NCBI RefSeq assembly: GCF_009914755.1
Contig: NC_060927.1
Length of the DNA: 64,000 nucleotides
From: the human T2T-CHM13v2.0 reference genome, Homo sapiens
Direction: 5' to 3' (one strand)
Part shown: in pieces, positions 27,657-42,020 of the stretch
How the letters are laid out: every line of letters starts with the position of its first letter
Position numbering within the stretch: the first letter of the stretch is position 1
Notes under the pieces: model-generated
What the model was told of the DNA's origin: nothing
What the model saw: only the letters and a program-made list of their open reading frames with translations
The model's database searches: none
Made by a program: the position numbers and the translations under genes

Positions 27657-30600
27657 GGAATGGAATAGAATGCAGTGGAATGGAGTGGAATAGAATGCAA
27701 AGGACTGGAGTGGAATGGAAAGGATTGGAGTGGAGCAGAATGGAGTGGAGTAGGGTGGAGAGGAGTGGAATCGAGAGGAGTAAAGTGGAATGGAGTGGAG
27801 TGGAGTGTAGTGCACTGGATTGGAATGGAGTGGATTAGAGTTGAATGGAATGGAATGGAGTATAATGGAGTGGAGTGGAGTGGAGTGGATTGGAGTGGAA
27901 TGGAGTTGATTGGATTGGAGTGGAGTGAAGAATGAAATGGAGTGGAATAAAATTTAATGGAACGGAGTGGAGTGGAATGGTTTGGAGTATATTTCAATGG
28001 ATTGGAGATGCAGGGAGTGGAGTACAGTGGAATGGAAAGGAATGGAATTAAGAGGAGTGGAGTGAATTTGATTGGAGTTGAGTGGAGTGGAGTGGAATGC
28101 AATATACTGGAGTGGAAAGAATGGATTGGAGTGGAATGCAATGGAATTGAGGGAAATGGAGTGGAGTGGATTGAAGAGGACTGGAGTGGAGTGGAATGGA
28201 ATAGAGTGGACTTGGGTGGAGTGGAATGGAATGGAATGGAATGGAATGGAATGGAATGGAGTGGAGAGGAATGGAATGCAGTGTCATGGAGTGGAGTGGA
28301 GTGGAATGGAATGGAACGGAATGCAGGGGAGTGGAGTGAAAAGGAATGGAATGGAATGGAGGTGTGGTGTGAAGTGGAATGGACTGGAATTGAATCAGAT
28401 GTAATGGAATGTAGAGGAGTGAAGTGGAGTGGAATGGAATGGAATGGAGTGCAGTGGAGTGGAGTGGAGAGGAATGCAGTGGAATGGAGTGGAATGGAGT
28501 GCAGTGGAGTGGAGAGGAGCGGAATGGAGTCGAATGTAATAGGATGTAATAGAGTGGAGCCGAGTGGAATAGTATGGAAATGAATGGAAAGAACCAAACG
28601 GAACAGAATGGATGCTGAGATTGTGCCACTGTGCTACAGCCTGTGTGACAGACAGAGGTTGTGTCGAAAGAAAGGAGTGAAAGGTGATTCAGTGGAGTCG
28701 AGTGGAGTGCAGTGGAATGGAGTGGAATGGAATGGAATGGAGTGGAATGCAGAGGAGTGTAGTGGAGTTGAGTGGAGTGGAATGGAGTGAAATGGAGTGG
28801 AGTGGAATGCAATGGAATGGAATGGGGAGTGAAACAGAATGTAATGAAACATAATGGAATGGAATGGAATGGAATGGACTGCTATGGGTGCTGAGACTGT
28901 GCCACTGTGCTACAGCCTTTGTAAGAGAGGGAGATCCTCTCAAAAGAAATTAATGGAATGGGATGGAGTTGTTTGCAGTGGAGTGGAATGTAGTTGAGTG
29001 GAGTTGAGTGGAGTGGAATGGAGTGGAGTTGCGTGGAATGGAGTGGAGTGTAGTAGAATGGAATAGAGAGGAGCGGAGTGGAATGGAATGGATTGCAGTG
29101 GAATGGACTTGAGTGGAGTGGAATGGACTGGAGTGGAATGGAATGGAGCAGTCGAGTGGAGTGGAATTTACTGGAGTGGAGTGCAGTGGAATGGAATGGA
29201 ATGGAATGAAGTGGAGTTGAGTGGAGTGGAGTGGATTGAAGTGGAAAGGAAAGGAGTGCAATGGAATGCAGTGAAGTGGAGAGGAGTGGAATGAAGTGAA
29301 ATGGAATCAGATGTAATGGAATGTACTGGAATGGAGAGGAGTTCAATGCAATGGACGAAATGGAACACAACGGAATGGAACAAAACGGAACGGAACGGAA
29401 TGGGTGCTGAGATTGTTCCACTGCACTACAGCCTGTGTGACAGAGGGAGATCCTGTTGAAAGAAAGGGGTGGAATGGGATGGCGTGGAGTGGAATTGAGT
29501 GGAAAGGAGTGGAGTGGATTAGGGTGGAATGAAGTGGAGTGGAGTTGAATGGAGTGGGGTAGAGTGGAATGCAATGAAGTGGAGAGGAGTGGAATGGAAT
29601 GGAGTGGAGTGGAGTGGAAAAAACAGGAGTGGAGTGGAATGGACTGGAGTGGAATGGAAAGGAATGGTGTGGAATGGAAAGGAATGGAATGCAACAGAGT
29701 GGAATGGAATGGAAAGAAGTTGAGGGTAATGGAGAGGAGTGCAGTGGACTGGAGAGAATTTGAGTGGAATGGAATGAAATGGAGTGGAATGGAATGGAAT
29801 AGAGTGGAGTTGAATTAACTTGAATGCAGTTGATTAAACTGGAGTGGAATGAAATGGAAATGAATGGAGTAGAATAGAGTGGAGTGGAGTGGCGTGGAAT
29901 GGAGTGGAATGAAATGGAATAGAATTGAATGGAGTTACAGCCTGTGTGACAGAGGGAGATCCTGTTGAAAGAAACGAGTGGAATGGTATGGAGTGGACTG
30001 GACGGGATCGGAGTGAAGTGGAGTGGAATGGAGAGGAATGGAGTTGAGTGGAGTGGAATGGAGTGGAGTGGACTGAAGTGGAATGGAGTGGACTGGAATA
30101 GAATGGAGTTCAATGACTTGGAACGGAGTGGAGTGGAATCGAATGGAAAGAAGTGGAATGGCATGGAGTGGACTGGATTGGAGTGGAATGAAGTGGAGTG
30201 GAATAGAATGGACTGGAATTTACTGAAATGGAGCGGAATGGACTGGAGTGGAATGGAATGGAATGGAGTGGAATGGGATGCAACAGAGTGGAATGGAGTG
30301 GAATGGAGTAGAGTGGAGTGAAGTGGAGTTGAGTGGAATGGAGTGGAGTGGAGTTGAATGGAGTGGAGTGGAGTGGAATGAAGTGGAGTGGAGTGGAGTG
30401 GAATGGAGTGGAGTGGAATGGAGTGCAGCGGAGTGGAAAGGAATGGAGAGGAGTGGAGTTGAGTGCAGTGAAAAGGAGTGGAGTGGAGTGGAGTTGAGTG
30501 CAGTGAAACGTAGTGGAATGGAGTGGAATGGACTGGAGTGGATTGCAATGGACTGGAGTGGAATAGAATGGATTGGAGTGCAATGCAATGGAATGGAGAA

Positions 30601-31900
30601 AAATGGAGTGGAGTGGATTGAAGTGGAGTGGAATGGAGTGGAGTGGAATAGAGTGGAATGGAGGGGAGTGGAGTGAAATGGAGTGGAGTGGAATGGAATA
30701 GAATGGTTTGGAGTGGAATGGAATGGAGTGGCGTGGAGTGGAGTCGAGTGGAATGGAATGGAATGGAATGCAGTGGAGTGGAGTGGAGTGAAAAGGAATG
30801 GAATGGAATGGAGGTGTGGACTGAAGTGGAATGGAGTGGAATTGGATTGGATGTAATGGAATGTAGTGGAATGGAGTGGAGTGGAATGGTATGGAACAGA
30901 ATGGAGTGGAATGGAGTGCAGTGAAGTGGAGTGGAGTGGAGTGGAAAGGAATGGAGTGGAATGGAGTTGAATGGAGTGCAGTGGAGTGGAGAGGAGTGGA
31001 ATGGAGTTGAATTGAATTGGAGGTAATGCAACGTAGTGAAGTGGAACGGATTGGAATGGAATGGAACGGAACGGAATGGAATGGAATGGAATCGAACGGA
31101 AGAGAATGGGTGCTGAGATTGTGCCACTGTGCTACAGCCTGTGTTACAGAGGGAGAGCCTGTCGAAAGGAAGGAGTGGAAGGGTATGGAGTGGAGTAGAG
31201 TGGAGTGGAGTGGAATGGAGTGGAATGCAGTGGAATAGAGTTGAGTGGAATGGAATGGAGAGGATCGGAGTGGAATGGAATGGACTGGAGTGGAATGGAA
31301 TGGATTGGAGTGGAGTGGAATGGTGTGGAGGGGAGTGGAATGGAATGGAGTAGAGTGGAAAGAATTCGAGTGGAGTGGAATGGACTGGAGTGGACTGGAA
31401 TGGAATGGGGTGGAATGGAAGGGAGTGGAGTGGAGTGGAATGGAGTGGAGGGGAGTGGAGTTCAGTGGAGTGGAGTTGAGTGGAATGGAATGTAGTGGAG
31501 TGGAATGGAATGGAATGAAGAAAAGTGGAATTTACTGGAAGGGAGTGGATGGAACTGTAGTGGAATGGATTGGAATGGCGTGGAAAGGAGTGGAGTGGAG
31601 TGGAATGGAGTGGAATGGAGTGCAGTGGAGTGCAGTGCAGTGGACTGCAGTGCAGTGGAATGGAATGGAATGGAATGGAATGGAATGGAATGGAATGGAA
31701 TGGAGTGGACCGGAATGGAATGAAGTGGCGTAGAGAGAAGTAGAGTAGAATTGAATGCAACACAATGGAATGGAACGGAATGGGTTTTGAGATTGTGCCT
31801 CTGTGCTACAGCCTGTGTGACATAGGGAGAACCTGTCAAAAGAAAGGAGCAGAATTGAATGGAGTGGAGAGAAGTGGAGTGGAGTGGTTTGGAGTGGAAT

Positions 31901-32048
31901 GGAGTGTAATGCAGTGGAAAAGAGAGAAATGGATTGGAGTGGTATGGAGGGAAGTGAAATGAAGTGGATTGGAGTGGAATGGAGTGTAATGCAGTGGAAA
32001 AGAGAGAAATGGATTGGAGTGGTATGGAGGGGAGTGAAATGAAGTGGA
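31901..32048 (+). repeat. 80-bp tandem duplication
   Basis: GGAGTGTAATGCAGTGGAAAAGAGAGAAATGGATTGGAGTGGTATGGAGGG at 31901 and 31981. Confidence 0.85.
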
Positions 32049-35000
32049 GTGGAGTGGAATGGACTGGACTTTGGTGGAAAGGACGGCAGTGGAGTGGAAT
32101 GGAATGGAGTGGAGTGGAATGGAATGGAGTCGAGTGGAATGGAGTGGAGTGGAGTGGAATGGACTGAAATGGAGTAGAATGGACTGGAGTGGAATGGAAT
32201 GGAATGGAGTGCAAAGGAATGAAACAGAGTGGAATGGATAGAAGTGGAATGGAATGGAATGGAATCGAATGGAGGAGTGGAGTGGAGTTTAATTGAGTGG
32301 AGTTGGGTGGAGTGCAGTGAAATGGAATGGAATGGAATGCAATGGAGTGGAGAGGAGTGGAGTGGACTGGAAAGGAATGGAGTGGAATGGAGTGCAGTGG
32401 AGTTCAGAGGAGTGGAATGGATTGAAATGGAATAGGATGTAATGGAATGTAGTGAACTGGAGTGGAGTGGAGTGGAATGGAATGGAATGCAACAGAACGG
32501 AACGTGGGCTGAGATTGTGCCACTGCATTACAGCCTGTGTGACAGAGGGAGATCGTGTCGAAGGAAAGCAGTGGAATGGGATGGAGTGGAGTGGATTGGA
32601 GTGGAGTAGAGTGGAATGCAGTGGAGTGGAGTGATATGGATTGGAGAGGAATGGATGGAGTGGAATGGAATGGAGAGGAGTGGAAAGGAATGGAGTGGAT
32701 TGGAGTGGAATGGAGTTGAGAGGAGTTGAATGGCCTGGAGTGGAATGGACTGGAATGGAGTGGAATGGAATGGAATGGAATGGAAAGGAATGGAGTCAAG
32801 TGGTGTAGAATGGAGTGGAGTGGAGTGGAGTGGAGTTGAGTACAGTGGAATGGAGTGGAGTGGAATTGAGTGGAGTGGAATTGAATGGAATGGAATGGAG
32901 TGGAGTGGAATGGAATTCAACGGAGTAGAGTGGAATTTACTGGAAAGGAGTGGAATGAACTAGAGTGGATTGGAATGGAATGGAGTGGAATGGAGTGGAG
33001 TGGAGAGCAATGGATTGGAGTGGAGTGGAGGGGAATGGAATGGAAAGGAGTGGAATGGAATGGAGTGGTGAGGAGTGCAGTTGAGTTGAATGGATAGAAA
33101 TAGAAGGTAATAGAATGGAATGGAATGGATTGGAATGGAATTGGTGCAGAGATTGTGCAACTGTGCTACAGCCTGTGTGACAGAGGTAAATCATGTCGAA
33201 AGAAAGGAGTGTAATGGGGTGGGTTGGAGTTTAGTGGAGTGGAGTTGAGTGGAATGGAATGGAATGGAATGGAGTGGAGTGGAGTGAAATGGAGTGGAGT
33301 GGAGTGGAATGGAGTGGAGTGGAATGGAGTGGAGTGAAATGGACTGGAGTGGAGTGGAGTGGAATGGAATGGAGCAGAGAAGAGTGGAATGGAATGGAAT
33401 AGAGTGGAAAGAACTGGAGTGGAGTGGAATGAACTGGCGTGGAATGGAAAGGAGTGGAATGGAATGGAATGAAATGGAATGGAATGGAATGGAATGGAAT
33501 GGAATGGAATGGAGTGGAACGGAATGGAATGGATTTGAGGGGAATGGAGAAGAGTGGAGTCGATTGGAGTGGAGTGGAGTGGAGAGGAGTTGAGTAGAAT
33601 GGATTGGAATAGAGTGGAGTTCAATTTGCTTGAATTGAGTTGAATGGACAGGAATGGAATGGAGTGGAAAGGAATGGAGTGAAATAGAGGGGATTGGAGT
33701 GGGGTGGAGTAGAGTGGAGTGGAATAAAGTGGAGTAGAATTCAATGGAGCTACAGCCTGTATGACAGAGAGAAATCCTGACGAAAGAAAGGAGTGAAATG
33801 GGATGGAGTGGACTGGACTGGAGCGGTGTGAAGTGGAGTGGAATGGAGTGGAATGGAGTTGAGTAGAGCGGAATGGAGTTGAGTGGAGAATGGAGTGTAG
33901 TGAAGTGGAGTGGAGCAGACTGGAATGGAATGGAGTGCAGTGACATGGAACGGAGTGGAGTGGATTCGAATGGAAAGGAGTGGAATGGGATGGAGTGGAC
34001 TGGAATGAAGTGGAGTGAAGAGGAGTGGAATGGATGGGAATGGAATGGAATGGGAATGGAGTGGACTGGAAAGTAATGGAGTGGAATGGAGTGGAGTGGA
34101 GTGAAATGGAGTGGAATGGAAGGGAATGGAGTGGATAGGAATTTACTGGAAAGAAATGGAATTAACTGGAGTGGATTGGAATTGAATGGAGTTGAAGGGA
34201 ACGGAATGGAGAGGAATGGAGTGGAGTGGAGTGGAGAGGAATGGAGTGGAGTGGAATGGATTGGGAAGGTTTTACTTGAATGGAGTGGAATGGAATGGAG
34301 TGGAATGGAGTGGAGTGGAGTGGAATGGAGTGGAGTGGAGTGAAGTGGAGTTGAGTGGAATTGAATGGAGTGGATTGAAATGGAGTGGAGTGGAGTGGAA
34401 TGAAGTGGAGTGGAATGGAGTGGAGTGGAACAGAGAGGAGTGGAGTGGATAGGAGTGGAGTGGGACAGAGAGGAGTGGAGTGGATAGGAGTGGAGTGGAG
34501 GGGAATGGAATGGAATGGAGTGGAGTGGAACGGAGTAGAGTGGAGTGGAAAGGAATGGAGTGGATTGGAGTGGAGTGGAGTAGAGTGCAGTGAAATGGAA
34601 TGGAATGGAATGAAATGGAATGGAATGCAATGGAATGGAATGGAGTGGAGTGCAATGGACGGGAGTGGAATAGAATGGATTGGAATGGGATGCAATAGAA
34701 TGGAGAGAAATGGAGTGGAGTGGATTGAAGTGGAGGGGAATGGAGTGTAGTGAAATAGAGTGGAATGGAGTGGAGTGGAGTGGAATGGAGTGGAGAGGAA
34801 TGGAATGGAACGGAATGGAATGGAATGGAATGGAACGGAACGGAACGGAACGGAACGGAACGGAATGGAATGGAATGGAGTGGAGTGGAATGGAATGCTA
34901 TGGAGTGGAATTTCCTGGAAAGGAGTGGAATTAACTGGAGTGGACTGGAATTGAATGGAGTGGAAGGGAATGGAATGAAGAGGAATGGAGTGGAGGGGAG

Positions 35001-38000
35001 AGGAATAGAGTGGAGTGGAGTGGAGTGGAATGGTGGAGTGGAGTGGAATGGAATGGAGTGGAGTGGAATGGAATGGAGTGGCTTGGAGTGGAGTTGAGTT
35101 GAATCAAATTTAACTGAATGGAATGGAATGGAATGGAATGCAATGGAATGGAATGGGTGCGGAGATTGTGTAACTGCGTTACAGCCTGTGTGACAGAGAG
35201 AAATCATGTCCAAAGAAAGGAGTGTAATGGGGTGGGATGGAGTTGAGTGGAATGGAATGGAGTGGCGTGGAATGGAGTGGAGTGGAGTGGAATGGAGTGG
35301 AGAGGAATGGAGTGGAATGGAATTGAGTGGAGTGAAATGGAATGGAGCGGAGTGGACTGAAATTGAATGGATCGTTGAGTGGAGTGGAGTGGAATGGGGT
35401 GGAGTGGAGTGGAATGGAGTGGAATGGAATGGAGTGGAGTGAAACGGAATGGAGCAGAGCGGAGTGAAATGGAATGGATCGGAGAGGAGAGGAATTGAAT
35501 GGAGTGGAGTGGTATGGACTGGAATTGAGTGGAATGGACTGGAGTGAAATGGAATGGAATGGAGTGGAATGGAATGGAGTGGAAGGGAATGGAGTGGAGT
35601 GTGGTGGAATGGAGTGGAGTGGAGTGGAGTTGAGTGGAATTGAATGGAGTGCAGTGGAATAGAATGGAATGGAGTTAACTGGAATTTTCTGGAATGGAGT
35701 GGAATGGACTGGAGTGCAATGGAATGGTGTGGAATGAAATGGAATGGAGTGTAACGGAGTGTAGTGCAGTAGAGTGGAGTGGAATGGAGAGGCCTGGAGT
35801 GGAGTGGAGTGGTATGGAATGGAATAGAACGGGGTCGAGTGGAATGGAATGGAGTGTTGTGGACTGGAATGGAGTGGAGTGGAATGGAATGGAGTGGTGT
35901 GGAGTGGAGTGGAGTACAGTGAAGTGGAGTGCAATGGAATGGAATGGTATGGAGTACAGTGAAATAGAGTGGAATGGAATGGAGTGGATTGGAATGTAGT
36001 GGTGTGCAATGGAACCGAATGGAGTGGAGTGGAGTAGAATGGAGTGGAGTGGAATGGAATGCAACGGAATGCAGTGGAGTGGAATGGAATGGAGTGGCGT
36101 GGAATAGATTTGAGTGAAATTGAAAGGAATGGAATGGAATGTCATGGAATGGAATGGAATGGGTGTTGAGATTGTGCCATTGTGCTACAGCCTGTGTGAC
36201 AGAGGGAGATCCTGTATAAAGAAAGGTGTGGATTTGGATGGAGTGGAGAGGAGTGGAGTGGAGTGGAATGGAGAGGAACGGAGTGGTGTGGAGTGGAATG
36301 GAGGGGAGTGGAGTTCAGTGGAGTGGAATGGATGGGAGTGGAGTGCAGTGGAGTGGAATGGAGAGGAACGGAGTGGTGTGGATTGGAATGGAGTGGAGTG
36401 GAGTGGAGTGGAATGGAGTGGAGTGGACTGGAGTGGAGTGGAGCGGAATGGAGTGGAGTGGACTGGAGTGGAGTGGAGTGGAATGGAGTTCAGTGGGGTG
36501 GGGTGGAGTGGAATGGAGTAGAAAGGAATGGAGTGGAGTGTGGTGGAGTGGAGTGGAGTGGAGTTTAATGGAATGGATTGGAGTGGAATGGAATAGAATG
36601 GAGTGGAGTGGAATGGATTGGAGTGTTGTGGATTGGAGAGAAGTGGAATGGCATGGAGTGGAATGGAATGGCATGGAGTGGAGTAGAGAGGAGTGGAGAG
36701 GACTAAAGTGGAGTGGAATGGAATGGAGTGGAATGAAGTGGAATGTAGTGCAGTGCAGTGGAGAGTAGTGGAATGGACAGGAATGGAATCTTATGTAATG
36801 GAATGTAGTGGAGTGGAGTGGAATGGAGTGGAGTGGAGGGTGGTGGAACAGAATGGAACGGAATAGAGTGCAACGGAATGGAACAGAACGGGTGCTGAGA
36901 TTGTGCCACTGCGCTACAGCCTGTGTGACGGAGGGAGATCCTGTCGAATAAAAGGAGTGGAATGGGATGGAGTGGAGTGCAGTGGAGTGGTATGGAGTGG
37001 AGTGGAGTGGAATGGAATAGAATGGAATGAAATGCGTGCTGAGATTGTGCCACTGCACAACACCCTGTTTGACAGAAGGAGACCCTGTCGAAAGAAAGGA
37101 GTGGAATGGGTTGGAGTGCAGTGTAGTGTAGTGGAGTGTAGTGGAATGGAGTGGAGTGTAGTGGAATGGAGTGGAGTGGAGTGGAATGGAGTGGAATTCA
37201 GTGGAGTGGATTGTAATGGAGTGGAGTGGAGTGGAATCGAGTGGAGAAGAGTCGAATGGAATGGAGTGCAGTGAAATGGAAAGAACGGGACTGTAGTGGA
37301 ATGGAGTGGAGTGGAGTTGAATGGAATGGAATGGACTGGAGTGGAATGGAATGGAATGGTGCGTAATGGAATGGACTGGAATGCAGTTGAATGGAATGGA
37401 GTGGAGTGGAACAAAATGGAATGGAAGGAACCAGAATGAAACGGAACAAAATGTGTGCTGAGATTGTGTCACTGTGCTACAGCCTGTGTGACAGAGGGAG
37501 GTCCTGTCGAAAGAAAGGAGTGAAATGGAATGGAATGGGGTGGAGTGGAGTGGAGTGGAGCAGAACGGAGTGGAGTGTAGTGGAGTGGAATGCAGTGGAG
37601 TGGAGTGGAATGGAGTGGAGAGGAGTGGATGGAGTGGAGTGGAGTGGAATGGAGTGGAATCGATTGGAATGGACTTGAGTGGAATGGAATGGACTGGAGT
37701 GGAATGGAATGGAATGGAGTGGAATGGAATGGAGTGAAGTGGAGTGGAATGGATTGCAGTGGAGTGGAGTGGAGAGGAATTGTGTGTAATGGAACAGGGT
37801 GGAGTGGAATGGAATGGAATGGAGTGGAGTGGAATTTACTGGAGTAGAGTGGTATGGACTAGAGTGGAATGGAATGGAATGGAGTGGAACGGAATGGAAT
37901 GAGTGGAGTGGAGTGGAATGTCGTGGAGTGGAGTAGAATGGAGTGGAGTGGAATGGAATGCAACGGAATGAAGTTGAGTGGAATGGAATGGAGTGATGTG

Positions 38001-38400
38001 GAGTAGACTTGAGTGAAACGGAAAGGAATGGAGTAGAATGCAATGGAATGGAAAGGAATAGGTGTTGAGATTGTGCCATTGCTCTACAGCCTGTGTGACA
38101 GAGGGAGAACCTGTCGAGCGAAAGGAGTGGAATGGGATGGAGTGGAGTGAAGTGGAGTGTAGTGGAGTGGAATGGAGAGGAACAGAGTGGTGTGGAGGGG
38201 AATGAAGTGGAGTGGAGTGGAATGGAGTGCAGTGGAGTGGGGTGGAGTGGAATTGAGTAGAAAGGAATGGAGTGGAGTGTGGTGGAATGGAGTGGAGTGG
38301 AGTTTAATGAAATGGATTGGAATGGAATGGAATGGAATGGAGTGGAGTGGAGTGGAGTGGAATGGATTGGAGTAGAGTGGAGTGGAGAGCAGTGGAATGG

Positions 38401-38550
38401 AGTGGAATGGAATGGAATGGAATGGAATGTAGTGGAATGGAATGGAATGGAATGGAATGTAGTGGAATGGAATGGAATGGAATGGAATGTAGTGGAATGG
38501 AATGGAATGGAATGGAATGTAGTGGAATGGAATGGAATGGAATGGAATGT
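38401..38550 (+). repeat. Perfect 30-bp minisatellite x5, [(GGAAT)5 GTAGT]n
   Basis: AGTGGAATGGAATGGAATGGAATGGAATGT repeated five times exactly. Confidence 0.9.
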
Positions 38551-41500
38551 AGTGCAATGGAATGGAATGGAATGGAATACAATGGAGTGGAGTGGAATGG
38601 AATGGTGTGGAGTGGAGCAGAAAGGAATGGAGTGGAACGGAATGAAGTGGAGTGGAGTTGAGTCGAATGGAGTGAAATGGAATGAACTGGAATGAAATGG
38701 AGAGGAGTGGAATGGAATGGATAGGCGCGGATTGGAGTAGAGTAGAATAGAATGGGATGGAATGAAATGGAGTGGAGGGGAGTGGAATTTAGTGGAGTGG
38801 AGTGGAATTGAGTGGAGGGTAGTGGAGAGCAGTGGAATGGAATGGAATGGAATGGAATAGAATAGAATAAGTGCAGAGTTTGAGCCACTGCACTGCATCC
38901 TGTGTGACAGAGGGAGATTCTGGCGAAAGAAAGAATTGGAATGGGGAGGAGTGTTGTGGATTGGAGTTCAGTGGAATGGAGTGGAATGGAGTGGAGTGGA
39001 GTGGAGTGGAGTGGAATGGAGTGGAATGGAGTGGAATGGAATGGAATGGAATGGAGTGGAGTGGAATGAAACAGAATATAGTGGAATGGAGTGGAGTGGA
39101 ATGTACTGCAGTGGAGTGGAATTGACTTGAGTGGAAATGATTGGAATGGAGTGGTGTGGAATGGATTGGAGTGTGGTGGAATAGAGTGGAGCGTAGTGGA
39201 GTGTAGTGGAGTTGAATGGAATGGAACGGAGTGGCGTGGAATTGAATGGAATGGAATGGAGTGGAATTTACTGGAAAGGTGTGGAATGGGCTGGATTTGA
39301 ATGGAACGGAACGGATTTTAAAGGAAAGGAATGGAGTGGAATGGAGTGTAGTGGAGTTGAGTGGAGTTGAATGGAGTGTAGTGGACTGGAGTGCAGTGGA
39401 GTCCAGTGTAATGGAATGGAAATCTATGGACTGCAGTGGAATGAAATGCAGTGGTTTTGAGTGGAGTGTAGTGGAATAGAATGGAATGGAATGGAAAGGT
39501 GGAGTGGAGTGGAATTCAGTGGAGTGGATTGCAGTGGAATGGAACGGAATGGAATGCAATGTAGTGGAGTTGTTTAGAGTGGAGTGGATTGGAAAGGAAT
39601 GGAAAGAAATGGAGTGGAATGGAGTGCAGTAGAGTTGAGAGGAGCGGAATGGATTGGAATGGAATCAGATGTAATGGAATGTGGTGGAGTTGAGTTGAGT
39701 GGATTGGAACGGAATGGAAAGGAACAAAACATAATGGAACGGAACGGAATGTGTGCTGAGATTGTGCCACTGCGATACAGCCTGTTTGACAGAGGGAGAG
39801 CCTGTTGAAAGAAAGGAGTGGCATGGGATTGGGTGGAGTGCGGTGGAGTGGAGTGGAGTGGAATGGAGTGGAGTGGAGTGGATTGGAGAGGAGTGGATGG
39901 AGTGGAGTGGAGTGGAATGGAATGGGGATTAGAGGAAAGGAATGTAGTGTAGTGGAATGGAAAGGCCTGAAGTGGAATGGAATGGAATGGAGTGGAGTGG
40001 AATGGAGTGGAGTGGAGTGGAATTGAGTGGAATGCAATGCAGTGGAGTGGAAGGGAATTAAATGGAATGGGGTATAATTGACTGGAATGGAGTGGAATGG
40101 ACTGGAGTGGAATGGATTAGAAAGGAGTGGACTGGAATGCAATGGAGTGGAGTGGAGAGGTGTGGAGAGGAGTGGATTGGAGTGCAATGGAGGGCAATGG
40201 AGTGGAGTGTAGTCGAGTGGTGTGGAATGGAGTGTAGTAGAGTGGAATGGAATGGAGGGGAGTGGAATGGAATGGAGTGGGGTGGAGTGGAGTTGAGTGG
40301 AATGTAATATAATGGAATGGAATAGAATAGAATGGAATGGAATGGGTGCTGCGATTGTGCCACTGCACTACAGTGTGACAGACGGAGATCCTGTCGAAAG
40401 AAAAGAGTGGAATGTGATGGAGTGTAGCGGAGTGCAGTGAAGTGGAATGGAGTTGAGTGGAATGGATTGGAGTGGAGTGTAAAGGACTGGAGTGGAGTGG
40501 AATGGACTCGAGTGGAGTGGAGTGGACTGGAAAGAAATGGAATGGAATGAAATGGAATGGAATGCACTGGAATGGAATGGAATGGTGTGGAATGGAATGG
40601 GTGCTGAGATTGTGACACTGCACTGCAGCCTGTGTGACAGAGGGAGACCCTGTCAAATGAAAAGAGTGGAATGCGATGTAGTGGACTGGAGTGGATTGAA
40701 GTGGAGTGGAGTAGAATGGAGTGGAGTGGAGTGCACTGGAGTTGAGTGGAGTAGAGTGGACTGGAATGGAATGGAATGGAGTGGAGTGCAATTGAATGAA
40801 GTGGTGTGGAAGAGAGTGGAGAGAAATATAATGGAATGGAATGGAACTGAATGGAGAGGGGTGGAGTGGAGTGCAGTGCAATGTAATGTAATGGAATGGA
40901 ATGGAATGGAAAGGAGTGGAGTGGAGTGCAATGGAATGGAGTGCAATGGATGAAGTGGAGTGGAGTGCAGTGGAGTGGAATGGAGTGGAATGAACTGGAA
41001 TGGAATGGAGTGGAGTGGAATGGAATGGAGAGGTGTGAAGTGGAGTAGAGTGGAATGAAATGGAATGTAATAAAGTAGATTGGTGTGGAGTGGAATTGAG
41101 TGGAGTGCAGTGAAATGGAATGCAACGGAATGGAATGGAGTGGAGTTGAGTGGGGTGGAGTGGAAAGGAATGGAGTGGAATGGAGTGGAATGAAGTGCAG
41201 TGAAGTGGAGTGGAGCCAAATGGAGTGGAATGGAATCGGATGTAATGGAATATAGTGGAGGGGAGTGCAGTGGAGTGGAAAGGAATGGAAAGGAACAGAA
41301 TGGAATGGAACGGAATGAAATGTGTGCTGTAATCACGCCACTAAGCTACTGCCTGTGTGATAGAGGGAGATCCTGTCGAGAGAAAGGAGTATAATGGGAT
41401 TGAGTGGAGTGGAGTGGAGTGGAATGGAGTGGAGAGGAGTGGAGTGATGTGGAATGGTGGGGAGTGGAGTTTAATGGATTAGAGTTGAGGGGAATGCAAT

Positions 41501-41641
41501 GGAATGGAGAGGAGTGGAATGGGATGGAGTGGAGTGGAATGGACTGGAGCGGGGTGAAATGGACTGGAGTGGAATTGAATGGAATGGAGTGGAGTGGAAT
41601 GGAAAGGAATGGAGTAGAATGGAGTGGAGTGGAGTGGAGTA

Positions 41642-42020
41642 CAATGGAGTGTGGTGGAATGCAATGGAGTATAGCGGAATAGAATGGAGTGGAGTGGAAT
41701 TTACTGGAATGGAGTGGAATGGACTGGAGTCAACTGGAATGGAGTTGAGTGGAGTGGAATGGAGTTGAGTGGAGTGGAATGGAATGGAGTGGAGTGGAGT
41801 GGAATGGAATGGAGTGCAGTGGAGTGGAGTGGAGTGAAATGGAGTGGAGTGGAGTGCAATGGAGTGTGGTGGAATGCAATGGAGTGGAGTGGAATAGAAT
41901 GGAGTGGAGTGGAATTCACTGGAATGGAGTGGAATGGACTGGAGTCGACTAGAATGGAGTTGAGTGGAATGGAATGGAGTTGAGTGGAGTGGAATGGAAT
42001 GGAGTGGAGTGGAGTGGAGT
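41642..42020 (+). repeat. 215-bp tandem duplication
   Basis: CAATGGAGTGTGGTGGAATGCAATGGAG...GGAATT(T/C)ACTGG...GGAGTC(A/G)ACT at 41642 and 41857. Confidence 0.8.
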
